Positions 47,091 through 55,586 of a stretch of DNA of 64,000 bases are shown one piece after another (the stretch's first letter is position 1; each line of letters begins with the position of its first letter). Below the pieces are notes generated by a model. The model was not told where the DNA came from. It made no database searches and saw nothing but the letters and a program-made list of their open reading frames with translations. Source of the stretch: an uncultured bacterium (lineage in GTDB: Bacteria > Patescibacteriota > Minisyncoccia > Moranbacterales > GWC2-37-73); contig CAISKQ010000060.1 of NCBI GenBank assembly GCA_903885965.1, positions 21,220-85,219 on the forward strand. The letters are read 5' to 3'. A program made the translations under genes and the position numbers.

Positions 47091-47549
47091 CTAGTTTTGT
47101 TGCTGATTACTATCCTGCACCGCTTGTTGTTTTTGAGCTGCATTTTGCACAGTCTGTTGCTGAGCTGCTTGCCGCAAAAGATTACTCTTGAGTTCGGCAA
47201 TATTGTAGCGCTGCACTTTAGCAGGAATCTGATAGTCATTAAAACCAATCGTGATTTTTTTCACCGCTTCAGTTTTGACTGTGATGCCGATTAGGATTCC
47301 AAGAATAAAAAACAAAGAGAGTTCAAAAACCAAATCTTTCTTTTTCTTCTTTGCTAAATCTTGTTGACTTTGAAATTTTTCAACTTTTATTTCAACCTGT
47401 CGAACTTCTTCAGTTTTTTCTTTTTCATTTTCAGTCTCAAAAATCATTTCAAAAGACTCCTGTTCTTCAGATGACTCTTGATTGTATTCTTTTTCCAATT
47501 CAAATTCCATTTTTTCCAATTGCTCTTCCCTTTTTTTATCCAAGTGCAT
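47091..47549 (-). CDS. Hypothetical single-TM protein
   Basis: Acidic N-terminus, TM, ITIGFNDY, Gln-rich tail. Confidence 0.7.
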   Translation of the reverse strand: MHLDKKREEQLEKMEFELEKEYNQESSEEQESFEMIFETENEKEKTEEVRQVEIKVEKFQSQQDLAKKKKKDLVFELSLFFILGILIGITVKTEAVKKITIGFNDYQIPAKVQRYNIAELKSNLLRQAAQQQTVQNAAQKQQAVQDSNQQQN

Positions 47550-47764
47550 AGGCCTATTTTTATTGGTTAATTTACATCCATAGCTTACCACAACCCCATG
47601 AAACCTACAACTTGCGCAGTTTTTTGATTTATTGTCTAATAAATTTACCCCTTTCCCCTAATTCTACCAATAAGAAAAACCTACGAATCCACAAATCAGC
47701 TACAAATCTACAAATAGAAAAAATTACATTTATAACAATATAACCATATAACAATTTTGTATTT

Positions 47765-49024
47765 TTATTCCTTCCTTAGTGCCTCCATCGGCGAAAGCTG
47801 GGAAGCCTTGTAGGCAGGATAAAAGCCAAAGATAATTCCGGTTGCCATGGAAAAACCAGTGGCAAGGGCAATTGAACCAAAAGTGACTGGGAAGTTAATG
47901 TTAAAACCGAAAAAGCTACTAATAAAATACGAAGCACCGAAAGAAATAAGATAGCCAAAAATAATTCCAACAACCCCACCAATCAAAGTAATAAAAACCG
48001 CCTCCAACAAAAATTGATTACGAATATCAGCCGCAGTTGCGCCAACGGCCTTACGAAGTCCAATTTCAAAAGTTCGCTCCACTACTGCCACATACATCAC
48101 ATTCATGATTCCGACTCCGCCGACGACCAGTGAAATTGATGTTAAGGCCAAAAGTAAAATATTAATCGTTCCAAAAACATCTCCAATAATTTTTTGTGCT
48201 TCTTGAATAGTTGAAACCGAAAAATCCTCTTGATCGGACTTATATGTTTTATGTTGACGCTTAAGCACATCAGCAACATCAGCTGCTGTAACATCAATCA
48301 AATTCGCATCTTTCACTTTCAGTGTAATCATTCGCACATAATCAATACCTAAAATTTTCTTTTGAAGCGTTTGCACTGGCATATATATCAACTCATCATA
48401 ATTGAAAAATGTCACGGCTCCTCTTTTTTCAAGCACTCCAATAACTCGAAAGTTCAAACCTTTAACTTTAATTGTTTTGCCAACCGCATCGTCACTACCA
48501 AACAATGTGTCCTTAACATCACTGCCAATCACGACGACTTGAGACAAACCATTATCATCTCCTTGGGAATAAAAAGTTCCTTGCGCAATTTTTGTAGCAC
48601 TATCAATGAATGGATAATCAGCGCCAGCCCCAAAAATCATTACTTGTTTATTTTGATCTTGATAGCTTGCCAACCCTTGTCCGATGTTCACCGGAGCAAA
48701 CTTATCAACATTAGGAATTTTTTTGATTGCCTCTCCATCAGCGATTTTCAATGTTGTAATTTGGATTCCCTGTGCTTGCCCCGTGGCATTAGCAGAAGAT
48801 GTTTTGCCGGTTGCTGGGACTTTTGTCTCAACCTGAATAATATCATTTCCAAAGCTCCCAATTTGCCCCAGGATATATTCCTTCACGCCTTGGCCACTTG
48901 AAGTCACTACAATAACCGACAAAATTCCAATCACAATTCCCACCAATGTCAAAACTGTCCGACCCTTATTGATGGTCAGACTCCGTGAGGCTAATTTAAT
49001 TGGCAAAAATAATTGCTTAAACAT
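47765..49024 (-). CDS. MacB-like ABC permease
   Basis: LTLVGIVIG, VGGVGIMNVM...ERTFEIGLRKAVGA, YPAYKASQLSP. Confidence 0.92.
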   Translation of the reverse strand: MFKQLFLPIKLASRSLTINKGRTVLTLVGIVIGILSVIVVTSSGQGVKEYILGQIGSFGNDIIQVETKVPATGKTSSANATGQAQGIQITTLKIADGEAIKKIPNVDKFAPVNIGQGLASYQDQNKQVMIFGAGADYPFIDSATKIAQGTFYSQGDDNGLSQVVVIGSDVKDTLFGSDDAVGKTIKVKGLNFRVIGVLEKRGAVTFFNYDELIYMPVQTLQKKILGIDYVRMITLKVKDANLIDVTAADVADVLKRQHKTYKSDQEDFSVSTIQEAQKIIGDVFGTINILLLALTSISLVVGGVGIMNVMYVAVVERTFEIGLRKAVGATAADIRNQFLLEAVFITLIGGVVGIIFGYLISFGASYFISSFFGFNINFPVTFGSIALATGFSMATGIIFGFYPAYKASQLSPMEALRKE

Positions 49025-49070
49025 AACTCAAATAAAAAATGTAAATCTTAAAAACCTAAAGCCTGAAAAA

Positions 49071-50312
49071 CTATTCGTACCGTAGCGCTTCCATTGGTGA
49101 AATTCGCGAAGCCTTGCGGGCAGGATAAAGACCAAACAAAATCCCAATCAAAATTGAAACGGATGTGGCAATTCCAACAGAGCTAGGTGAAATAATAAAA
49201 TCCCAGCTATACCCTAATGCATTAATAATAACGGATGCCAGTAGCGAAATCAGAATTCCAAAAATAATTCCAATAATTCCGCCCAGCAAGGTTAGAAAAA
49301 TCGATTCTATTAGGAACTGCAAAATGATATGCCGCGACCTAGCGCCAACCGCTTTGCGCAATCCAATTTCGCGAATGCGCTGATTAACTGAAATGAGCAT
49401 AATATTCATAATCCCAATTCCTCCAACCAAAAGCGAAATCGCAGCGATTCCAGTCAAAAAATATTTCAAAACATTGGTTATGTTAGTGATAGTTGCAATT
49501 GCTTGAGCGGTGTTTCGAACAGAAAAATCATCATCAACTTTATTTTTAATTCTATGCTGAATTCGCAATGCATATTCAACATCAACAGTAGCCCTGTCCA
49601 TATTGTCAGCAGAATCAACTTTGATTCGCATAAAGTTAACATGATCTATTCCAAGCAAAATTTTCTGCGCAGTTTCAAGTGGTATGTAAGTCAAATTATC
49701 CGTGTTTGTTATTCCACTTGCTCCTCTTTTTTCAAAAAGACCAATCACTGTAAAATTCGTGTCCTTAAGAGAGAAAACTTTTCCAATTGGATCATCACTA
49801 CCGAAAAGCAACGTTGCTTGGTCTGGACCCAAGACTGCCACCCGGGCAAGTCCAGCCTCTTCTTCTTTCGTAAAGAATCTGCCTGATTTAAGTGTAACAC
49901 TTTCCACATCCGGGAAGCTTGCTGAAACACCTTGAAAACTTGCTTCATTTGAATTGTTTTTATACTTTGCCGCCGCAATTCCGCTAACATAGGCGCAACC
50001 ATTGATTGCGCTTGGTACATTCTTTTTTTGAAGAATTGCTTGCAGGTCAGCTTCTTTCAATGTTGTAACCACGATTCCAAGTGCCGAAGCTGGCGGCCCT
50101 TTACTGTCAGATGCTCCCGGAAGGACACCAATCAAATTAGAACCAATCCCGGAAACCTGATTCAAAATAAGTTGCTGAGCACTAGCACCAATTGCCATCA
50201 CAATGATAACTGAAGCAATTCCAATAATAATTCCCAAAATCGTCAAAAAACTGCGGAACTTTGCCGCCATCAAGTTGGTATAAGAAATTTTTATTGGAGA
50301 ACTTAATTTCAT
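49071..50312 (-). CDS. MacB-like ABC permease
   Basis: RSFLTILGIIIG, VGGIGIMNIM...REIGLRKAVGA. Confidence 0.92.
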   Translation of the reverse strand: MKLSSPIKISYTNLMAAKFRSFLTILGIIIGIASVIIVMAIGASAQQLILNQVSGIGSNLIGVLPGASDSKGPPASALGIVVTTLKEADLQAILQKKNVPSAINGCAYVSGIAAAKYKNNSNEASFQGVSASFPDVESVTLKSGRFFTKEEEAGLARVAVLGPDQATLLFGSDDPIGKVFSLKDTNFTVIGLFEKRGASGITNTDNLTYIPLETAQKILLGIDHVNFMRIKVDSADNMDRATVDVEYALRIQHRIKNKVDDDFSVRNTAQAIATITNITNVLKYFLTGIAAISLLVGGIGIMNIMLISVNQRIREIGLRKAVGARSRHIILQFLIESIFLTLLGGIIGIIFGILISLLASVIINALGYSWDFIISPSSVGIATSVSILIGILFGLYPARKASRISPMEALRYE

Positions 50313-50324
50313 GAAAATTTAAAA

Positions 50325-51050
50325 TTATTTCAACAGTGTTCCTTCTCCATCGGCAATCAAACGATCCTTGACAAGCTCATCAGAAACGATTTGCCCATCT
50401 TTCATGTTCAAGATCCGCTTAGCATGCCGAGCTGTATAAGTTTCATGCGTCACCAAAATTACAGTGTGCCCAGCGTCATTGAGTTTTTGCAAAATCTTCA
50501 TCACAGCCAAACCTGATTTTGAATCCAAATTTCCAGTTGGCTCATCGGCAAAAATAATTTCTGGATTATTTACCAGCGCTCGCGCAATTGCCACTCGCTG
50601 TTTTTCTCCGCCAGAGAGCTGATTGGAAAGATAATCCGTGCGATGACTCATGCCAACTGCATCTAAGGCTTTAGTAATTTTTTCCTTATTGCTTATTTCC
50701 AAATGATCCTCATCATACAAAAGCGGTAGCTCCGTGTTCTCATAAACAGAAGTCCTAGGCAAAAGATTGAAAGACTGAAAAACAAAACCAATTTTCTTGT
50801 TACGAATTTTTGCCAACTCGTCATCGGAATATTGAGTGATATTTTTACCTTCCAATAAATAAATTCCTTCAGTCGGACGATCAAGCATGCCCAAGATTTG
50901 CATCAAAGTTGATTTTCCAGAGCCAGACGGACCCATGATTGAAATAAACTCACCTTTTTGAATTTCAAAACTCACATCAAAAAGCACTGGAGTTTTCACT
51001 CCTTCAGTTTCATAGGTCTTGCTTAAATTTTGAACAGAAATTAAAGGCAT
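50325..51050 (-). CDS. MacB/LolD-type ABC ATP-binding protein
   Basis: GPSGSGKST, LSGGEKQRVAIARA, ADEPTGNLD. Confidence 0.93.
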   Translation of the reverse strand: MPLISVQNLSKTYETEGVKTPVLFDVSFEIQKGEFISIMGPSGSGKSTLMQILGMLDRPTEGIYLLEGKNITQYSDDELAKIRNKKIGFVFQSFNLLPRTSVYENTELPLLYDEDHLEISNKEKITKALDAVGMSHRTDYLSNQLSGGEKQRVAIARALVNNPEIIFADEPTGNLDSKSGLAVMKILQKLNDAGHTVILVTHETYTARHAKRILNMKDGQIVSDELVKDRLIADGEGTLLK

Positions 51051-51051
51051 A

Positions 51052-52368
51052 TTATTTTGTCGCCACAAACGTCACCACCCTTTCACCACCCTTGAGTCCT
51101 GATTTTATTTCGACCATACCATCATCACCTTCCAATCCTGTTTCAACTTTGACAGTTTTCACAGTATTATCAACTTGCAAAATATCCACTGTCTTTCCAT
51201 TGTTTGAATCAGTCTTGATTGCGCGAACAGGAATGCTAAGCACGTCATTTTTTTCTGCAGTTTTAATATCAATATTTGCACTCATGCCTGGTTTGATCCG
51301 AACATCAATGTTATTTAGCTTTAATTTTATTTGATAATAAACAACATCTTGAATTGTGGTCGAAGCCGGGTCAATTTCAATCACCTCTCCATCATAAATA
51401 TCCTCCGAAGTCAAAGAATCGAAAGTTATTTTTGAATGTTGACCAAGTTTTAATTTCACGATGTCAGATTCTGGGACTTTTGATTCAATAATCATATCCA
51501 AAGACATTACCCGAGAAAAAGTTTCCTTGATAACTCCAGTTCCCAAAATTTCACCAGGCTTATTATTAACCTCAGTGATAATTCCATTAACAGGAGAGAC
51601 CAGCGTTGCCTTTGCAAGATTAAGCGCAGCTTGATCATAAGTTGCTCTTGCGCCGGCCACGGCTGCGTTTCTCGAGGCTTTTGCAAAATCAGATTCAACT
51701 GTTTTAACTTTTGCGCTAGCACTATCAATTGTGTTTTGAGCATTTACTTTCGAAAGATCAGACTGTTCTTGTACCGTTTTTAAAGATTCCTTAGCTGAAT
51801 TTAAACTATTTTCAGCTGCGGTCAGGGTTGGTTTTGTTTGAAGCTTTATTGCACCATCGCTCAAGCTGTCATAATATGCTGACATATCATCATAATATTT
51901 TTGCGCATTATCAACCGCTTTTCTCGCAGCTGAAATGTTTTGATCATTCAGGGATTTTGTCTGACTAAGGGTATCCTCAGCGTTACTTTTTGCAACTTTC
52001 GCCTCCCGCAGAGTGTCACTATTAGAACCAGCATTGGCAATTGCTTGATCAAGACCAGCTTGAGCCTGGGCCATCTGTTTTTGAAGTGTCGCATCAGTTA
52101 GGGTTGCAATTTTGTCCCCTGCGGCAACCTTATCACTGGTTTTGACAAAAACATTGCTCACCCTGCCGCCTAGTTCAAAATTGAGAGTAATTTCATCTTT
52201 TGCAACTAAGTCGCCAGTAACTGAAACTGTTTGTGCCAGTGTTCCCTTAACCACATCCGCAGCTGTATAGGTAGTCACTGTTTTTTTGCTTTTAAAATAA
52301 AAAACAATTCCGCCAACGATAACGACAGAGATCACAATCCAAATTATCCATTTTTTTGCTTTTTTCAT
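51052..52368 (-). CDS. Efflux membrane-fusion (MacA-like) adaptor
   Basis: N-terminal TM, lipoyl halves, coiled coil, IKPGMSA, VEIKSGL..GE.V. Confidence 0.9.
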   Translation of the reverse strand: MKKAKKWIIWIVISVVIVGGIVFYFKSKKTVTTYTAADVVKGTLAQTVSVTGDLVAKDEITLNFELGGRVSNVFVKTSDKVAAGDKIATLTDATLQKQMAQAQAGLDQAIANAGSNSDTLREAKVAKSNAEDTLSQTKSLNDQNISAARKAVDNAQKYYDDMSAYYDSLSDGAIKLQTKPTLTAAENSLNSAKESLKTVQEQSDLSKVNAQNTIDSASAKVKTVESDFAKASRNAAVAGARATYDQAALNLAKATLVSPVNGIITEVNNKPGEILGTGVIKETFSRVMSLDMIIESKVPESDIVKLKLGQHSKITFDSLTSEDIYDGEVIEIDPASTTIQDVVYYQIKLKLNNIDVRIKPGMSANIDIKTAEKNDVLSIPVRAIKTDSNNGKTVDILQVDNTVKTVKVETGLEGDDGMVEIKSGLKGGERVVTFVATK

Positions 52369-52384
52369 ATTTGTTTCAAACTTT

Positions 52385-52490
52385 TGTCATACTGAACCTG
52401 CCTGCCCGCCTTTGGAGGGTTTCAGCATCTACTTCCTTTGCATAAGATAACTTCCTGCATGCAAGATCCTGAACTAAATTCAGGATGACA
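52385..52490. repeat. 87-bp REPIN-like element, copy 4, carrying a 19-bp net insertion
   Basis: TGTCATACTGAAC[ctgcctgcccgcctttggaggg]TTTCAGCATCT ... AGATCCTGAACTAAATTCAGGATGACA. Confidence 0.85.
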
Positions 52491-52514
52491 AAAAATATAT
52501 TTACAATTTATTTT

Positions 52515-52976
52515 TTAAAAAAGAAAGTTCTGATTTACTTCTCCGTCCAATGCTTCATTAACTAAAGCGTCAGCAATTTTGTTCTTTTCGCGCAGCACAT
52601 GCGTAAAGGTTACCTTTTCAAACTCCAACATCAAGTTCCAAATTTCAATGAAATATTGCTGAATGCGGGGCTCTTTAAGCTTATACTCATGGCCGAGCTG
52701 TTTTACAACCAACTCGCTATCCAAAAAACAATTAATCGTTGCTTGTTTGGCTGAAATATTGCCCAGTAATTGCTTTAATTTTTTCAACCCAAAAATAAGC
52801 GCTTCATATTCTGCGTCATTGTTGGTTTTTATTCCAATACATTGCCCATATTTCCACTCCGCAACTTCTCCGCCAGAGGCCGCTTTATCCTTGACTGAAA
52901 TATACACACCAATTCCAGCCGGTCCCGGATTGCCTCGCGATCCGCCATCCGTGAACATGATAATTTCCTTTGCCAT
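52515..52976 (-). CDS. rnhA: Ribonuclease HI
   Basis: FTDGGSRGNPGPAG, TNNDAEYEAL, DSELVVKQ, HVLREKNKIADAL. Confidence 0.93.
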   Translation of the reverse strand: MAKEIIMFTDGGSRGNPGPAGIGVYISVKDKAASGGEVAEWKYGQCIGIKTNNDAEYEALIFGLKKLKQLLGNISAKQATINCFLDSELVVKQLGHEYKLKEPRIQQYFIEIWNLMLEFEKVTFTHVLREKNKIADALVNEALDGEVNQNFLF

Positions 52977-53065
52977 GATTTCACAAGTTTAAATCTTATA
53001 TTTTCATTCTAGCATTTTAAATACATTAGAGCAATAAAAAAAGCAACAAAATAAAAAGGTTTCAG

Positions 53066-53266
53066 GGGTCATACGCAACACATGGTTCCAACCAAGGACT
53101 ATTTCTGAATTTTTACGAGCTTGTTTGCTTTTTAGACCACTGCGAGCAACAGCGAACTGCGAGCGATTGGCTATAACTCCTAGCCAAAGGAGCGCGCCCA
53201 AAAAGTAAACAAGGGAAGTAAAAATTTCTAACTTAGCTTCCAAGAACCATAAACTGCGTATGACCC
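53066..53266. ncRNA. Candidate 6S-like rod-shaped RNA (or MITE)
   Basis: Nested stems GGGTCATACGCA/TGCGTATGACCC, ATGGTTC/GAACCAT, a large bubble, AATTTTTAC/GTAAAAATT, CTTGTTTGCTTTTT/AAAAAGTAAACAAG, TTGGCTA/TAGCCAA. Confidence 0.5.
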
Positions 53267-53317
53267 AAGACTTGTCTCTTAATATTTCAATAAAGAAGGG
53301 GCTAATGCACTTACAGC

Positions 53318-54466
53318 CTATCCCTTCGATAAAGTTATTTCAACTATTTCAGAGTGCTTTTCAGTTCGCATTGGTGTTCCCCACGCGCCAAGCCCACAAG
53401 AAGTATAGATTGAAAAATTGCCTTTTTTCTTCAAACCATAGTCATAACCTCCAAACATAAATCGCGTAACAATTCCAAATGGAAAGAGCTGACCCTTGTG
53501 AGTGTGCCCAGAAAGCATAAGAGAAATGCCAAGCCTTCGGATCTTCCCCACTTGAGTTGGCGTATGCCAAAGCAAAATACTTGGCTTTGATTGCTTGAAA
53601 TTTGAAATCTTTTTAATAGCCCTTACCACACTTAATTTTTCTGAATGCTTAGGATACTCAATTCCGATAAATTGAAGTCCGTCAACTAGTTTAATTTGAT
53701 TTCTCAAGCAAGTGATTTTTGTTTTACCCAAAACCTTAAAGGTCTCATTCAGACCCAAATAGGTTTCATGATTACCAGAAGCATAAAAAATCCCTTGTGG
53801 CGCTTTAAGCAGATTGAGCGGCTCGATAAAGACATCCACATGGCCATCCGTGCCGTCAAAAAGATCCCCGGTTATAACAATAGCATCCGGATTCAAAGAA
53901 TTTATCCTTTTTGCCACTTCACGCATATAGTCGACATGATATATATGTCCTAAGTGAACGTCAGATATTTGTACAATTTTTTTGCCAATCCAAACCTTAG
54001 GCAGATTATTAATGGAAACATTAATCTTTTTTACAACCGGAGTAAAAGCGTTAACAATGCCATATAGAGAATATATAGCTGCGCCAATAATTGCGAGACT
54101 TCCGATTTTTCTCTCGCTAGGATCAAAACCTGCAAGTTGACTTGCAAAAACAACCAACCAACCAAAGGCAAAGAACAGCAAAATATTGATCATGAAACCC
54201 ACCCACACACCAGAAAAGAAATAATATTTCCTATTAAAATGATTATCCCAGCGATGCGCTAGTAAGGTTGAAATCATTATACTGAAGCCCAAAAAAGAAC
54301 CCAACATGACCAATAGCCAGATTAGGATATTCTTTTCATACGGCTGAGAAAAGGGGAAAAAATGCGCCACAGAAAAATAGACCGCCACATGAGCAGCTAT
54401 ATAGGAAGGAAAAACCAGCAAAAAAACAACACTGGATTTTAGAATTTTTCTCACTTTATTTAACAT
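53318..54466 (-). CDS. Membrane-bound metallophosphoesterase (YkuE-like)
   Basis: SDVHLG, TGDLFD, GNHE, LSGHTHKGQ. Confidence 0.92.
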   Translation of the reverse strand: MLNKVRKILKSSVVFLLVFPSYIAAHVAVYFSVAHFFPFSQPYEKNILIWLLVMLGSFLGFSIMISTLLAHRWDNHFNRKYYFFSGVWVGFMINILLFFAFGWLVVFASQLAGFDPSERKIGSLAIIGAAIYSLYGIVNAFTPVVKKINVSINNLPKVWIGKKIVQISDVHLGHIYHVDYMREVAKRINSLNPDAIVITGDLFDGTDGHVDVFIEPLNLLKAPQGIFYASGNHETYLGLNETFKVLGKTKITCLRNQIKLVDGLQFIGIEYPKHSEKLSVVRAIKKISNFKQSKPSILLWHTPTQVGKIRRLGISLMLSGHTHKGQLFPFGIVTRFMFGGYDYGLKKKGNFSIYTSCGLGAWGTPMRTEKHSEIVEITLSKG

Positions 54467-54614
54467 CTGACAATTATAGCATATCTGCGTATCCTGACCA
54501 CACCAAAAAGATATCACACAGAACATCAAAAAACTTAGCATTTAAGTTAAAAAATAAAACATCATTACTGATGTTTTAAAATAACCTAATTACTGCAAAT
54601 TTTTTACATGAAAA

Positions 54615-55148
54615 TTATGATTGCCCTTTAAATGCAACAGTTGCTGGTTGCAGACTAATCACTGGCAATGGCTGACAAATTTCTGCATAGCCATGCACTG
54701 TAATAGTTATTGGTTTTTTTGCTGAAGATGCTTTAATATTTTCATTCACTTTATCTGTTGGGTCAATCAGCTTAACATTAAAGCTTGTTTCTGCTTCATT
54801 TGGCTGATAATTCACGACTGGCAATTTTGAAACATCACTTTTCTTGATTGCAATAACAATTCCATCCTTGTCCTGCGAGACAAATTGACCTTCAATTTGC
54901 ACATCCCCATCATAATAATGAGGCTGACAACTATTATCGGCGGCGACATTCTCAGTGTCAACCACCTGCGCAGGAGCACGCTTAACTGGAATTACAACAG
55001 TATCATTTTTCTGCTCTTCAATAGTTAACTCTGCAATTTTTCTGGCATTCCTAATCCAAATAATTCCACCAATAATAATAGCAACCAACAAAATAATCAT
55101 AATTGCAAATTCGCTGGCAATACCATTGTCTTTATTTTTTTTACGCAT
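54615..55148 (-). CDS. Membrane-anchored hypothetical protein
   Basis: Basic N-terminus, TM helix, Cys pair. Confidence 0.7.
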   Translation of the reverse strand: MRKKNKDNGIASEFAIMIILLVAIIIGGIIWIRNARKIAELTIEEQKNDTVVIPVKRAPAQVVDTENVAADNSCQPHYYDGDVQIEGQFVSQDKDGIVIAIKKSDVSKLPVVNYQPNEAETSFNVKLIDPTDKVNENIKASSAKKPITITVHGYAEICQPLPVISLQPATVAFKGQS

Positions 55149-55308
55149 ACTTTTTTATTTTTAGACAATTCACGGAAAATAAATTATTTTATATTTTTTA
55201 TTATCTAGCGACGATAACAAAAGGTTTAATACCTTAAGGATTGTCCACCTCGGCGAGCCTCGGACGAGACGGGCCTCTTAAGCCTTGGGGTATTAAATAC
55301 CCTTTTTA

Positions 55309-55500
55309 TTATTGGTACATACTAGTTATCGAACTCATTAGAGACGGCAGAATGAAAATAACTGCTACTAGAGGAAGAAGAACCGTAACCGCTGTTATGA
55401 TTAATGTCCACATAAAATACTTCCTCAATTTTTCAACTGAGATATAAATTGCATCAATCTTTGCCTGTTGCTCCTGGATTTTTTTTAAGATTTCTTCCAT
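55309..55500 (-). CDS. Small membrane protein
   Basis: KIDAIYISVEKLRKYF plus TM; TGcTATAAT 7 nt upstream of the ATG. Confidence 0.7.
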   Translation of the reverse strand: MEEILKKIQEQQAKIDAIYISVEKLRKYFMWTLIITAVTVLLPLVAVIFILPSLMSSITSMYQ

Positions 55501-55535
55501 GTTTAAAATTATAGCACGTTTTCAAAATTTGCGCA

Positions 55536-55571
55536 AAAAAAAACGCTGCCAAATTGAAGGCAGCGTTTTTT
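55536..55571. terminator. Bidirectional intrinsic terminator
   Basis: AAAAAAACGCTGCC-aaattgaa-GGCAGCGTTTTTT. Confidence 0.75.
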
Positions 55572-55586
55572 ATTTCGAAAGAAAAT

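Noticed and set aside
53004-53243. 79-aa ORF
   Set aside because: Overlaps the structured RNA candidate; no SD or motif.
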